Below are positions 16,369 through 26,231 of a DNA stretch of 64,000 nt, piece by piece. The stretch spans positions 3,004 to 67,003 of the IMG/VR virus record IMGVR_UViG_3300014059_000011. One strand, given 5' to 3'. Made by a program: the position numbers and the translations under genes. The notes beneath the pieces were generated by a model. The model saw only the letters and a program-made list of their open reading frames with translations, searched no databases and was not told the DNA's origin. Source of the DNA: a virus. Lineage: Duplodnaviria > Caudoviricetes. Numbering within the stretch: the stretch's first letter is position 1; every line of letters begins with the position of its first letter.

Positions 16369-16685
16369 ATCAAATCAAATCCTTTTGCTTTGTCGTCATC
16401 CCAACCCCATTTTTTCAGTCTAGTTTGGAGTTCCATCCTTTTGTGCTGTTCGCACTTCGTTTCTTTATTGTATCTTGATAGACGTGTTGTGCATGATTCT
16501 ATAGCGCAATATCTTACGTCTGACCTGACCTTACGAATCTCTTCTTTGTTATCGTAATACCTTTGCAGCACACGCTTGTTGGTGATTATCTGCCTACACT
16601 CAGGACTGCAATATTTTGCATTGTGTATCTTTTTCGAGAATGTTTTTTCGCATTCAGGATTTGAACAAGTCGCAATTTCATTCAT
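16365..16685 (-). CDS. Cys-rich hypothetical protein
   Basis: CSNPEC...YCSPEC...CAIESC...CEQH. Confidence 0.65.
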   Translation of the reverse strand: MNEIATCSNPECEKTFSKKIHNAKYCSPECRQIITNKRVLQRYYDNKEEIRKVRSDVRYCAIESCTTRLSRYNKETKCEQHKRMELQTRLKKWGWDDDKAKGFDLI

Positions 16686-16882
16686 AATTGACCCAAATGC
16701 TCTTCCATTACCCATCGGTGTTCAAATTTTGATACATAATCAATACATACTTTATGTTGTCTATTGGACAATGATATAGATGCATTGCCATGACGCAGCA
16801 GCCTAGCATAGTGCATAGGACACATATTTCTTGTATCTGATACCTTTTTGCAATCAGTGACAATGCATAATCTTTCCGACAT
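16682..16882 (-). pseudogene. Truncated HNH endonuclease remnant
   Basis: CIVTDC...MCPMHYARLLRHG then FEHRWVMEEHLG and a stop before the catalytic VHHxN. Confidence 0.7.
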
Positions 16883-17634
16883 TAGAACAGCTTTTCCCCC
16901 ACAACCGTATCAGCCCAGCAATACGCATAAGCATCGCATCCCTGACACTTCTTTGTTGTTTGCTTGTGAGGACGAATCGACAAGATGTTGTTTTGATGTG
17001 CATCATAGATCACTCTCCATCTATCAAACAACTTGTCAATAAACTCCTGATTCTTCTCGACATGAAAAATCTTCAGTTGCTGATCATTCTTATTTTCGTA
17101 TAGAACAAATCCGCTATCCCAGCCGCCAACCTCAAGATAAACCTGAAGCTGACGGTAGTGAGAGTCTGATGGCTTGTTGTAACTCAGTCGGTACTCAAAC
17201 CCACGATCATTCGTGGACTTAACCTCAACAGGCTTTTCACCATCCCAATCGATCACAAAGTCAACGTAACCTGTAAGCGGGGGGTCAATATTCTTAATCT
17301 CTCGCTCTCTGTCAACAATGATGCCCAGCCTTCCGAGATAACCCTCAACCCTATCTTCCAAGCTATGACCCGTTTCAAAGATTCGATATGTTTGAGGGTG
17401 AAACTCTGTTCTTTGCTCAAACCCTCGCAATCTATATCCAAGATATCTAGCACAATCATTGTTCATTGATGCCGTAAAGCCACCACTCTGCTTCCACTGA
17501 ACACTGTTTTGATCTTCTAAGGCACTATCGATAGCACGATGAAGTTCCTCGCCAAGCGCCTCATTTGATTCTGGCGTCACGGGAACAATATCATCATCTA
17601 GTGGAATGTTCTTAGCTGATTTTAGCGCTTTCAT
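16882..17634 (-). CDS. PD-(D/E)XK exonuclease, Cas4-like
   Basis: GHSLE, GYVDFV, VEVKS, HYRQLQVY, C-terminal CQGCDAYAYC. Confidence 0.8.
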   Translation of the reverse strand: MKALKSAKNIPLDDDIVPVTPESNEALGEELHRAIDSALEDQNSVQWKQSGGFTASMNNDCARYLGYRLRGFEQRTEFHPQTYRIFETGHSLEDRVEGYLGRLGIIVDREREIKNIDPPLTGYVDFVIDWDGEKPVEVKSTNDRGFEYRLSYNKPSDSHYRQLQVYLEVGGWDSGFVLYENKNDQQLKIFHVEKNQEFIDKLFDRWRVIYDAHQNNILSIRPHKQTTKKCQGCDAYAYCWADTVVGEKLF

Positions 17635-18170
17635 GTATTGATATCTACTGTGTAGTTAACTGTCATCGACAGATGATCCTTGACAGGAATGTCATACCTG
17701 TAACTATCTGACATAATCGAGATACTATTAAACTTGAGTTCATGTGTTGGATATCTATCAAACGGAATTGGATCACTTGCCCTCATGTATTTCAATGTCA
17801 TGTGCGGAGTAAATCCGTGTTTTGGAATGTCCAATCTGACATCATAGTTCTTGAGTTCCCTGATGATCTTTCTCCTGATCTTAACCAGATCATTCAAATC
17901 AACACCGGCATAAAGAACATCTGGATCATCCTCGTTGACAAATCGTCCGAAGCCTGAAGTTCTTCCATCATAGATAATCTCATCATCGCTATAGTCTTGC
18001 TCCCTGACAAATGCAGAAACTGCCTTGATTGAATTACCAACGTCCATCGCTGTTGGATATTCTGAAACATAGACCAGTGTCAGATGAATCTCTTCTGGCT
18101 TTTCCCCGCCATGGATTGCCATCTTTCGTGCTGTATCCAGATCGGGATACATAGCTATCATTAAAGACAT
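17631..18170 (-). CDS. 2H phosphoesterase (LigT/Acb1-like)
   Basis: Two Hx(T/S) motifs: IHLTL and PHMTL. Confidence 0.85.
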   Translation of the reverse strand: MSLMIAMYPDLDTARKMAIHGGEKPEEIHLTLVYVSEYPTAMDVGNSIKAVSAFVREQDYSDDEIIYDGRTSGFGRFVNEDDPDVLYAGVDLNDLVKIRRKIIRELKNYDVRLDIPKHGFTPHMTLKYMRASDPIPFDRYPTHELKFNSISIMSDSYRYDIPVKDHLSMTVNYTVDINT

Positions 18171-18186
18171 ATTGTATTATACCTCA

Positions 18187-18525
18187 TTATAGGTGCTTTG
18201 CCTCAATACGTCCCAAAAGCTTGAGCGTATTGATGTTTTCTTCTAGTGCTGAATACATCGAAAGAAGCTGGTTCTTTCTCTTTGTTGTTGTCATTGTCTT
18301 TGGCATCGTCTTGTATACCTGTGCAAATGTACCAAGCTTGGTTCTGTGGGCAGCAAGTTGTGCAGCAGCAATCAATGCATCACGACCAACAATCTGCTCA
18401 GGATGATCAATGATGTTTTGAACGGTACCCATAACAGAAAGAAAAGACATAGCCTCTTCAGGTCCAAGAACTTCGGCAATCTCAGCCACCGTCATTTCCT
18501 TATCTTTCTGAATTACATCATCCAT
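18187..18525 (-). CDS. Hypothetical protein
   Basis: Helical ORF; start reassigned to MDDVIQ. Confidence 0.65.
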   Translation of the reverse strand: MDDVIQKDKEMTVAEIAEVLGPEEAMSFLSVMGTVQNIIDHPEQIVGRDALIAAAQLAAHRTKLGTFAQVYKTMPKTMTTTKRKNQLLSMYSALEENINTLKLLGRIEAKHL

Positions 18526-18850
18526 TCTTAATTCTCTCCAATTCCATTTCGGCCTCCTGCAATTGCACAAGCCTTTCCCACCTGATAATTCCCAACTTGA
18601 TTGGCATATCTTTAGATGACTTTACCTCTTTCGCATTAAGCGTCACAACAATTACAGGCGTATAATGCCCATCGTTCCATGCGTCCTTGGCGTGCTTGTT
18701 CCAGCTTGCTCTTGAAACTGAAAAGGAATTCGTATAGTCCTTATAGTCAATAAGAAAATCACCAAGAATTGCATCACCTTTGCGGATGCCCCGCCCGGAA
18801 TTTTTCACCGGGCGGGCACCATCACGCTTTATCTCTCTACCTTCATCCAT
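18518..18850 (-). CDS. Small PD-(D/E)XK nuclease, Hjc-like resolvase
   Basis: SGRGIRKGDA...IDYKD. Confidence 0.65.
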   Translation of the reverse strand: MDEGREIKRDGARPVKNSGRGIRKGDAILGDFLIDYKDYTNSFSVSRASWNKHAKDAWNDGHYTPVIVVTLNAKEVKSSKDMPIKLGIIRWERLVQLQEAEMELERIKNG

Positions 18851-19772
18851 TCAAAGACTCAATCGTGTCGAGAATTACCTGTCTTTCGTCAGGATCAGAG
18901 ATGACATTTACAAGATCAGCCTTGCGATAAGACTGCCCCTTGTACCCCAACCAACCCTTTTTGGAAGTATCGATAATGTCATATTGACCAGCAATGTCGA
19001 TCAACTCTGCATCATTGTCGATTTCAGCAGTTGCAATATTGAAGCTGTATGTTCCGCCAGCGCCAGTAATAGCTGCCTGCTTTGACTTCGTGAAGTTCCA
19101 CATAACTGTTCTATCGCTGATAGAACCGTCTTCATTCTTCTCCATCTCACCCTTAGCCCAACTACCATAAATCTTGATGATGTTTGTGCTGTAGTGATCA
19201 ATAGCATTTCCATACTTACCCACCGTAGGTGAAGCCATGTTTCCAAGGTCCACCGTTTGCTGAGCAACAAAGATAACCATATGGTCAGTCGTTAGGTGAC
19301 CATTCAGCTTCAGAGCAAGCTCGTTCTGGCTTCTGGCAAACAGAGCCATTCCGCCGTGCTTCTCGTCCTTGTCGAAGAAGTCAGAGCGCACAATACCATT
19401 GATAGAGTCAAAGAGAAACGTATACTTGTTTCCATTTCGCATAAGAGGAAGAATTTCTTTTTGGATGGCCTCTAGTTCGTTATAACCCTTTAGGTAAATG
19501 AACTGATCCTTTCCAACATCAAGCCCGCATCTTATCATGTGCGAAACAGGCATTGTCCCTTCTGTGTCAACCATCACTGGCTTATAGCCCTTCTTCTGAG
19601 CCTCGGCAAGAATCTTCAACGACATTGTGGTCTTGCCACCACCAGGATTACCCCAAAATGTGTGCATTCTATCTGTCCACAACCCGCCTCCTAGAAGTTG
19701 ATTCCACTTCAATGAAGGCGTAGCAATGACATCAGGAACGGGCATCTCTAGCCCGTCAGTTATTTTAAGCAA
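18843..19772 (-). CDS. recA: RecA/UvsX-like recombinase
   Basis: GNPGGGKTT, VDTEG, FDSING. Confidence 0.88.
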   Translation of the reverse strand: MLKITDGLEMPVPDVIATPSLKWNQLLGGGLWTDRMHTFWGNPGGGKTTMSLKILAEAQKKGYKPVMVDTEGTMPVSHMIRCGLDVGKDQFIYLKGYNELEAIQKEILPLMRNGNKYTFLFDSINGIVRSDFFDKDEKHGGMALFARSQNELALKLNGHLTTDHMVIFVAQQTVDLGNMASPTVGKYGNAIDHYSTNIIKIYGSWAKGEMEKNEDGSISDRTVMWNFTKSKQAAITGAGGTYSFNIATAEIDNDAELIDIAGQYDIIDTSKKGWLGYKGQSYRKADLVNVISDPDERQVILDTIESLNG

Positions 19773-19832
19773 TTTTTTCTCCTTTGTATGAGAGTTTTAT
19801 GGCGAACTCCCTAAACCGATACCCCATTCTAC

Positions 19833-22800
19833 CTATGTTTTGCTTGAAAACAAAGGCATGGGGGCGTGCGGAATGCTTTTCAATTTGCAGTATCTCTCAG
19901 GGGAGATTGCCTTGTTGAGGGCTGTTCCGCCTCCCTTTGCTTCATTTACCTGTAGAATGACCCACTGAAATTGGTTGCTCAGTGTGTCCTTCGTGAAATT
20001 GTATGTTCCAGGGAAGATAACTGTCTTGAAGAACCCCTCGACAGGATTCCAGAAGTATGCATTCGCCATATCTTGCCCCTTCTTGGTCTTGAACACTGTG
20101 ACGCTCAGCAGATACGCAATTGTCTTGTCAGACTCTAGATCGTAGCCTGTGTCGGCGTCGAACAGGAACCTATATTGATCGTTAATTCTGCCCGCCTTGA
20201 ATGCATCCATGAAGCGGACAAACTTAGGACGAGAAACTTCTGCCTTGTCATATTCAATCGCATAATGCAAAGCTGAGTCACCTACCAGAGCAAGAATTGA
20301 ATCACGCTTGCTGAAGTTCATATTTTGATCAGCAAAGACAGAAACGAATCCTGTATCATCCTCAATATCAACACGATAGTACCTATCGGTACGCTTCGTT
20401 TCCTTAACGACCCCTCGCACAACAAACAACTCTGAACTGTCACCAGCATCAAGCACGTCCTGACATGTTGAAAGAATATCGTCAAAAACTGACGGCCCAT
20501 TGAGAAAGACAGGATAGTTCAATACTGGACCATAATAGCTCTTGGTATCATAGTCTGTTTCATGTCCAACTGACTCAAATGCGCCAATCTTCTCAAGGTT
20601 CTCAACAACGTTGGACTTCACTCTTGTCTTAGAGCAGGTATTAACGAACTGCTCGTATGACTGGAATGGGCGCTTATCAATGATTTCCTGCACTGCGTTC
20701 GGACCACAACCCATCACATTGCCAAGACCGAATCTAATCGTATTGCCTGACAGCGTAAATGTCTGCTCTGAAAGGTTTACGTCAGGAGGAAGAATGTCTA
20801 CCCCCAGCTTTTGTGCCTCAAAGAGGTATGTTGTGATATTCGAAGTGTTTGACTCATTTGTCAAAAGTGCCCAAATGTATTCAGTTGGATAATGGAACTT
20901 GAGCCACGCTGTCTGATATGTCAGAAGAGAATAAGCAACAGAATGAGACTTGTTAAACATGTAGTCACAAGCCTTCAGAATGTCTGCCCACAGATCGTCA
21001 GCATCTTTCTGAGAAAGATTCTTGGTCGCCCCCTCCATAAAGGAATCCTTGTAAGGATCGAACTCAGAAGCATCAAGCTTCTTTGAGATGATCTTTCTGA
21101 ATCTATCTGCCTTGCCCCATGAGAAGCCAGCTAGCTCCACAAGTGTTCTCATCAGTTGCTCTTCGAATACCCATGTTCCATATGTGTCACCAAGAATAGG
21201 CTCTAGAATTGGAGAAACATATGTAACCTTCGCTCCCTGCTTTCTTGCCTTATACTTAGCTCCCTGAGTTTCCCATGAGCCAGGGCGAATAAGTCCGTTA
21301 GCAACGATAAGGTCATTGAAAGTCTCAGCCTTAAGGTCCTTCAGGACATTCGTATATGCGATACCCTCTGACTGGAAGACTCCGACAGTGTTACCAGCGC
21401 TCAACTGCTGCATGACCATAGGGTCAATGTTTTCATCGTCAAGAGACTGAGACTCAACATCAAGCCCGTGATTCTTCTTGATCATTTCGAGAGTGTCCTT
21501 GATGACAGACACAGTGTTCAGACCAAGAGCATCGAACTTCACAAGACCCATCTGCTCAATCTCGTTCTTGTCAAAGGCTGTTACCTCAATGCGAGAGTTT
21601 GACTCTGGATCATTACGAGACTCAATTGGAAGAATCTCATGCAGAGGACGAGGGGAGATAACAACACCAGCAGCGTGAGCACCAGCCTGTTGAATCGTTC
21701 CCTTGATTCCATCAGCAACAACAAGAGCATCGCTGTAGTTTTGAATGAAATCCTTGGCTACCTTGTCTGTCATCTTGAAGATGGAATCCATATCCTTCAT
21801 TTTTGAAGAAATGGCATTGGCATCCTTATATGGCACACCGAAGATTCTTGCTGCACTCTTGAAGGCAGACTTTTCTTTGAAGTATCCATACGTTGAAATA
21901 GAGGCAACATTCTCAGTACCCCACCTATCACGAACGTACTGCTTAATCTCGTCACGACGACGATCCTCAAAGTCGATATCAATATCTGGATAGTCGTTAC
22001 GCTCAGGATTAAGGAACCGCCAGAACAGAAGATTGTACTTTACAGGATCAACCTTCGTAATACCAAGACAATAAGCGAGAAGCGAGCCTCCGCTTGATCC
22101 ACGGCCAGGACCCATAGCAATCCCGTTGTTCTTGGCCCACTTGCAGATATCCCATAGAATAAGGAAGTAGTCAGCAAACTTCTTGTCAATGATGATATCA
22201 AGCTCCATTTGGAGCACTTCACGATACTTCTCATTGTCAAGCCCCATCTCTGAAAGCCTGAAGTATGCAATGTCTGACAGATATTCCTCGGCAGACATTG
22301 ATACGCCAACAGACTTGGGATACGACGGAAGAAGAGCAATGCCCTTCTTCAGCGTTGCAGAACAGCGTTCCGCAATCTCCATACTGTTCTCAAGAAGCTG
22401 TGGGTCAGTTGATACGTTCTCAGTGAAGTAAGTCTCTACTTCATTCGTAGGCATCACATACAAAGGAAGATGCTGGAACGTCAGACGACGCTCAGGCCAT
22501 AGAACGTTAAGTCTATCGATAACGTCCTTCTCTGTCTTGGCTTCCTCAAGATGATCCTTTGCGTAGTCCATCATCTTCGGGGAGAAACTATTTGAAATGC
22601 CGATAGCAAGCAGAGCCTCTTCAACCCCACGATCAGACTTACGAGGATAGTGACAATCAATAGTTCCCACCATTGGCACGCCACGATACTCTGAATACTC
22701 GATCAGCTTCTTGTTCACCTTCTGCTGATCAGGCTCGGTCCATGGCTGAAGCTCAAGATAGAAATCCTTGCCATAGATTTTCAAGAACTCATCTAGCAAT

Positions 22801-23267
22801 TCATCAGCGTGCTCTAGATCATCATTGATGATAGCCTGAGAGATTGAACCACCCATACACCCCGAAAGAGCGATAATACCATCACTGTGCGCTCTAAGAA
22901 GCGCAAAGTCTGTTCTTGGCTTATGATAGAATCCGTCCGTCCAGGCAGCACGATTGATCTTGAAAAGATTCTGCATCCCCTCATCGTTTTCGGCAAGAAG
23001 AATCAGATGGAATCGCTCAGCCTTAGAATCACCATCGTTTTTGATATCAGGCACAAAATACGACTCAAGCCCAAAAACGGGCTTAACGTCGGTCTTGCTT
23101 GCTGCCTCTTGGAATCTGTAATATCCAGCCAGGCTTCCATGATCAGTTATGCTAATTGCCTTTTGTTCGTTTTCCTCTGCCACCTCAATAAGCTGTTCTG
23201 GTCTAGACAGCCCATCCAGCAAGCTATATTCAGAATGGGTGTGGAGATGTACAAAATCAGCCATCAT
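19833..23267 (-). CDS. dnaE: DNA polymerase III alpha subunit
   Basis: HLHTHSEYSLLDG PHP domain, GPGRGSSGGS, PDIDIDF, FNKSHS; no intein-sized insertion. Confidence 0.96.
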   Translation of the reverse strand: MMADFVHLHTHSEYSLLDGLSRPEQLIEVAEENEQKAISITDHGSLAGYYRFQEAASKTDVKPVFGLESYFVPDIKNDGDSKAERFHLILLAENDEGMQNLFKINRAAWTDGFYHKPRTDFALLRAHSDGIIALSGCMGGSISQAIINDDLEHADELLDEFLKIYGKDFYLELQPWTEPDQQKVNKKLIEYSEYRGVPMVGTIDCHYPRKSDRGVEEALLAIGISNSFSPKMMDYAKDHLEEAKTEKDVIDRLNVLWPERRLTFQHLPLYVMPTNEVETYFTENVSTDPQLLENSMEIAERCSATLKKGIALLPSYPKSVGVSMSAEEYLSDIAYFRLSEMGLDNEKYREVLQMELDIIIDKKFADYFLILWDICKWAKNNGIAMGPGRGSSGGSLLAYCLGITKVDPVKYNLLFWRFLNPERNDYPDIDIDFEDRRRDEIKQYVRDRWGTENVASISTYGYFKEKSAFKSAARIFGVPYKDANAISSKMKDMDSIFKMTDKVAKDFIQNYSDALVVADGIKGTIQQAGAHAAGVVISPRPLHEILPIESRNDPESNSRIEVTAFDKNEIEQMGLVKFDALGLNTVSVIKDTLEMIKKNHGLDVESQSLDDENIDPMVMQQLSAGNTVGVFQSEGIAYTNVLKDLKAETFNDLIVANGLIRPGSWETQGAKYKARKQGAKVTYVSPILEPILGDTYGTWVFEEQLMRTLVELAGFSWGKADRFRKIISKKLDASEFDPYKDSFMEGATKNLSQKDADDLWADILKACDYMFNKSHSVAYSLLTYQTAWLKFHYPTEYIWALLTNESNTSNITTYLFEAQKLGVDILPPDVNLSEQTFTLSGNTIRFGLGNVMGCGPNAVQEIIDKRPFQSYEQFVNTCSKTRVKSNVVENLEKIGAFESVGHETDYDTKSYYGPVLNYPVFLNGPSVFDDILSTCQDVLDAGDSSELFVVRGVVKETKRTDRYYRVDIEDDTGFVSVFADQNMNFSKRDSILALVGDSALHYAIEYDKAEVSRPKFVRFMDAFKAGRINDQYRFLFDADTGYDLESDKTIAYLLSVTVFKTKKGQDMANAYFWNPVEGFFKTVIFPGTYNFTKDTLSNQFQWVILQVNEAKGGGTALNKAISPERYCKLKSIPHAPMPLFSSKT

Positions 23268-23314
23268 TAAATTCCTTTAAATATTCTATCATATTGATTA
23301 ATATAGTTATATCT

Positions 23315-23416
23315 TCATTTCTTGAAGTAATATCTCAAGCCGTCTTTTGTTGATTTGTCCTTTCCAAAATAAGACAAATCTAACTCAATTCTACATCTAG
23401 AGCAAACTTTTGTCAT
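23315..23416 (-). pseudogene. N-terminal zinc-ribbon remnant of a homing endonuclease
   Basis: Manual translation: MTKVCSRCRIELDLSYFGKDKSTKDGLRYYFKK*; AT-rich. Confidence 0.6.
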
Positions 23417-23667
23417 GATCCTGTTTCGATAAGTCTTTCTAATTCTTGAATAATTTTCTCAATATCATTATATGAAAAGTAAGTGTAATCAACTCGCTCT
23501 CCATATCCACAAATTCCAATCATCTCTCTTGGAAAGCTATCTGATCTGATAGCAGATAATTGCCATGCATAATCATCATGATCAGGATCACTTTCCTCAT
23601 CAATAACCCCAAATGAGTCTGTGTCTCTTTTGATGAGGTTTCCACCAGACAATTGAATGTCTTCCAT
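23413..23667 (-). CDS. Hypothetical protein
   Basis: Acidic ORF; start MEDIQL is uncertain. Confidence 0.6.
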   Translation of the reverse strand: MEDIQLSGGNLIKRDTDSFGVIDEESDPDHDDYAWQLSAIRSDSFPREMIGICGYGERVDYTYFSYNDIEKIIQELERLIETGS

Positions 23668-23668
23668 A

Positions 23669-23854
23669 TTACTCTCCGAAGCTATCTGTAATAATGATTG
23701 TTTCACCATTCAATGTAGAACCCTTGCTCCACTCATCTTCAGATACAAGAATCCACGCTGCTTCCTCTGGTGTCTGTCCAGGCTCAATTTCATCCTCATC
23801 AACAAGAATGGTTGTTGCTTGAGTTCTCATCAGGCTAATTTGATATGTCTTCAT
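23669..23854 (-). CDS. Hypothetical protein
   Basis: MKTYQISL..., coupled overlap. Confidence 0.55.
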   Translation of the reverse strand: MKTYQISLMRTQATTILVDEDEIEPGQTPEEAAWILVSEDEWSKGSTLNGETIIITDSFGE

Positions 23855-24021
23855 TCTTCTACCTCTAATTGTATTGTTGTTTTTGTTGGGAGAGCATATA
23901 TATACTCCCATAGCGCTTCCGAAATGACTTCCTTTGTACTATTGCCAACATCGGCAGTATCAATGTCAATCTCATATGTCTCGATTTTTTTAATGATCAC
24001 TCTTTTAGTGCTCATTTTCAT
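23851..24021 (-). CDS. Hypothetical protein
   Basis: Manual translation MKMSTKRVIIKKIETYEIDID...LEVEE; below the ORF-track cutoff. Confidence 0.5.
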   Translation of the reverse strand: MKMSTKRVIIKKIETYEIDIDTADVGNSTKEVISEALWEYIYALPTKTTIQLEVEE

Positions 24022-24142
24022 CTCTCTTTAAACATGTGAACTTCTGCAAGCGATTATTCCAATGTCCATAGAAACCCGATTCTTTTCCGCAGTTTGCACA
24101 TGTATATGAGCCAATGCTTCCATCAGGCAAAATTTCACCCAT
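24005..24142 (-). CDS. Small CxxC protein
   Basis: Manual translation MGEILPDGSIGSYTCANCGKESGFYGHW...; overlaps the deaminase stop. Confidence 0.45.
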   Translation of the reverse strand: MGEILPDGSIGSYTCANCGKESGFYGHWNNRLQKFTCLKRDENEH

Positions 24143-24617
24143 TAGCTTCATCTCTATAGTTGATTGTAGGTGTTGGAACACCTGAGAATACGGTTACCTT
24201 AACCCCGCCTTCTGCAAGAAGATCAATGGCATCGCTGTGTGTGTAATAAGACATTGCATACACATGCTTGATGCCAGCGTTGATAATGATTCTTGAACAG
24301 AATACACATGGAGTTGTTGTTAGATACATATGAGCACCATCAACCGAAACACCGGCGTTAGCTGCTGAAACGATTGCATTAAGCTCACCATGAATCGCCT
24401 TGCACTTAATCCATTCCTTGCCCGACTCTCTTGTACCGCAATCAGCATCACAATGCGATGTGCCTCTCGGTGCTCCATTGTATCCGGTAGCCAGGATAAA
24501 ATTGTTCTCTGGATTCACAATTACTGCCCCCACTTTGCGGGAAGGGCAGGTTGATCTTACACTCACCATTTTAGCAAGACCAAAGAAATAGTCATGCCAA
24601 TCCATTACTTTATTCAT
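24135..24617 (-). CDS. dCMP deaminase
   Basis: STCPSRKVGAVI, HGELNA, PCVFC. Confidence 0.92.
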   Translation of the reverse strand: MNKVMDWHDYFFGLAKMVSVRSTCPSRKVGAVIVNPENNFILATGYNGAPRGTSHCDADCGTRESGKEWIKCKAIHGELNAIVSAANAGVSVDGAHMYLTTTPCVFCSRIIINAGIKHVYAMSYYTHSDAIDLLAEGGVKVTVFSGVPTPTINYRDEANG

Positions 24618-24996
24618 CTTCTACCTTCTCATATGTAGCCTCAAAGATATCTGGCTTGCAAGGGTAAAACTCACCCTGAACGCCCCGAATGATAAAATCA
24701 CCAGAACTGGCTTTCATTGTCCCCTCAAGGGTATCAATCGCAATAAAGGCTGGCTTATCATCTCCCATTATCTCAGTTGCTGGACATGCAGAACTTTCCA
24801 TTCCTGAATATCCGCTAGGAACAATTCCTCGCCCATCACATCTACAAGAAGAGTCATGCAGCTTAGCAGGCTCAATATCGTGATATCTTGCTGTACCGCC
24901 AGTGTTGTTGATCCACGTAATGATAACTTTAGCTAAATCTATGCTGCCATCCCACTGCAATGCATAAATTTCAACAGGCTTCTTTCTATACTTCAT
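24610..24996 (-). CDS. Conserved phage protein (YRKKPV...TLEG...GDFII...YPCKPDIF family)
   Basis: Characteristic motif pattern. Confidence 0.75.
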   Translation of the reverse strand: MKYRKKPVEIYALQWDGSIDLAKVIITWINNTGGTARYHDIEPAKLHDSSCRCDGRGIVPSGYSGMESSACPATEIMGDDKPAFIAIDTLEGTMKASSGDFIIRGVQGEFYPCKPDIFEATYEKVEDE

Positions 24997-25328
24997 AATA
25001 CCTCACTCAACTGATTTGGATCAAGCTTGATGATCCTTTCCATATTCTCAACATACTTCATCTTCGTTCTGCTGCGTGCCCATGATGTTTTTGTCTTTAT
25101 AGGCTCACAATAAAGCTTTACATAAGGAGTTCCGCCATGTGAAATGTATGGATCACCTTTGAAATTTTGTGTCAAAATTGATATGACCTTATAGATGCTA
25201 TGATATATGTTGTTCCCAGAAGACGCAATATGAACAATATGATCACCAACACGCACTTTCTGATCTAGCGCATCAAGCACATGGTCAGGAATTTTTCCTT
25301 TTTGATATAGAAACCTACCCTCCATCAC
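24993..25328 (-). CDS. Hypothetical protein
   Basis: 111-aa ORF, coupled overlaps. Confidence 0.6.
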   Translation of the reverse strand: MMEGRFLYQKGKIPDHVLDALDQKVRVGDHIVHIASSGNNIYHSIYKVISILTQNFKGDPYISHGGTPYVKLYCEPIKTKTSWARSRTKMKYVENMERIIKLDPNQLSEVL

Positions 25329-25717
25329 TGACCCCCCTTGCTTGGGTCATCAACCCAATTTCTTTGTCTTACACTTTTCCAGCGAGCCTGAATGGCCGTC
25401 GTAAGGTCGAAACCATAGAAGCCAGCAACGTCCATCAATTTAATAAACACATCACCGCATTCCTTTTCCAACTCGTCCATCCAATCCTCTCTTGTCCCAC
25501 GAATTCCCTGAGACATCTTCACTGCCGCCCGACAAACCTCACCGGCTTCCTCAGCAAGCCCAGCAATCGTTTCAAGCTCATTTGAATCTTTAAAGTTATG
25601 ATCGTGCCAAACATTAAAGTCTTCTTGCAGCCTGCCAAGCACACTTGAAAGCTGTTCCCAATTTTGGGCGCTCAAGTCGTATGTTATTTGCTTGTCTTCA
25701 TATTTCATAAATGTCAT
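25325..25717 (-). CDS. MazG-like nucleotide pyrophosphohydrolase
   Basis: GLAEEAGEV...ELEKECGDV. Confidence 0.85.
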   Translation of the reverse strand: MTFMKYEDKQITYDLSAQNWEQLSSVLGRLQEDFNVWHDHNFKDSNELETIAGLAEEAGEVCRAAVKMSQGIRGTREDWMDELEKECGDVFIKLMDVAGFYGFDLTTAIQARWKSVRQRNWVDDPSKGGQ

Positions 25718-26231
25718 TTATCCTTATAGCCTGACCAATGTCAGTATCGTCGTTATATGGATGAGCCAAGACATAACATGGCACATATCTTGCAATTTGA
25801 TTCGCGGCCATCGGATCATCTTCGATCATCATATCACATTTCAGATCGAGAAGTGTTTCGATCTTGTTAAATCTGTCATTTACAATGTGTAAACTGTGTG
25901 GGTCTAGATCATTTATTCTTAACCACTCTCTAGTGATTGAATATGCATCCTGAAGATTTCCCCTTGCAGTTATCACATGTATCCTATTACCTTCTGCCTT
26001 CTGCTTTTCAAGCCAGCCGTTTGCCCATTCAAATGGTGCTGCTGCCAACCAAAAGGATGGGTCAGGGAACAAATCCCTGACCCATCCCTCCGGCACTTCA
26101 CCTGAAGCGTGAAATGGATACGACTGCCATTCCGAAAAGTGTGTTATGTCATCAAAATCCACAGAGGCTCGTTTATAGATTTCCTCATGGAGATTACACA
26201 ACACCCCGTCTAAATCACAGCCTATTTCCAT
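25698..26231 (-). CDS. 5'(3')-deoxyribonucleotidase (HAD, NT5C-like)
   Basis: CDLDGVL, ITAR, MIEDD. Confidence 0.8.
   Translation of the reverse strand: MEIGCDLDGVLCNLHEEIYKRASVDFDDITHFSEWQSYPFHASGEVPEGWVRDLFPDPSFWLAAAPFEWANGWLEKQKAEGNRIHVITARGNLQDAYSITREWLRINDLDPHSLHIVNDRFNKIETLLDLKCDMMIEDDPMAANQIARYVPCYVLAHPYNDDTDIGQAIRINDIYEI

Noticed and set aside
16882-17634. Cas4-like gene as evidence of a CRISPR-Cas system
   Set aside because: No repeat-spacer array or other cas genes are present; solo Cas4-like exonucleases are common in phage recombination modules.
19833-23267. Inteins or introns in dnaE, terL, dnaB or nrdJ
   Set aside because: Lengths are normal, motifs are contiguous, and no C/S...HN-C/S/T splice junctions were seen.
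23669-24021. Two adjacent small ORFs as tandem paralogs
   Set aside because: Only a vague compositional likeness; no shared motif I can defend.
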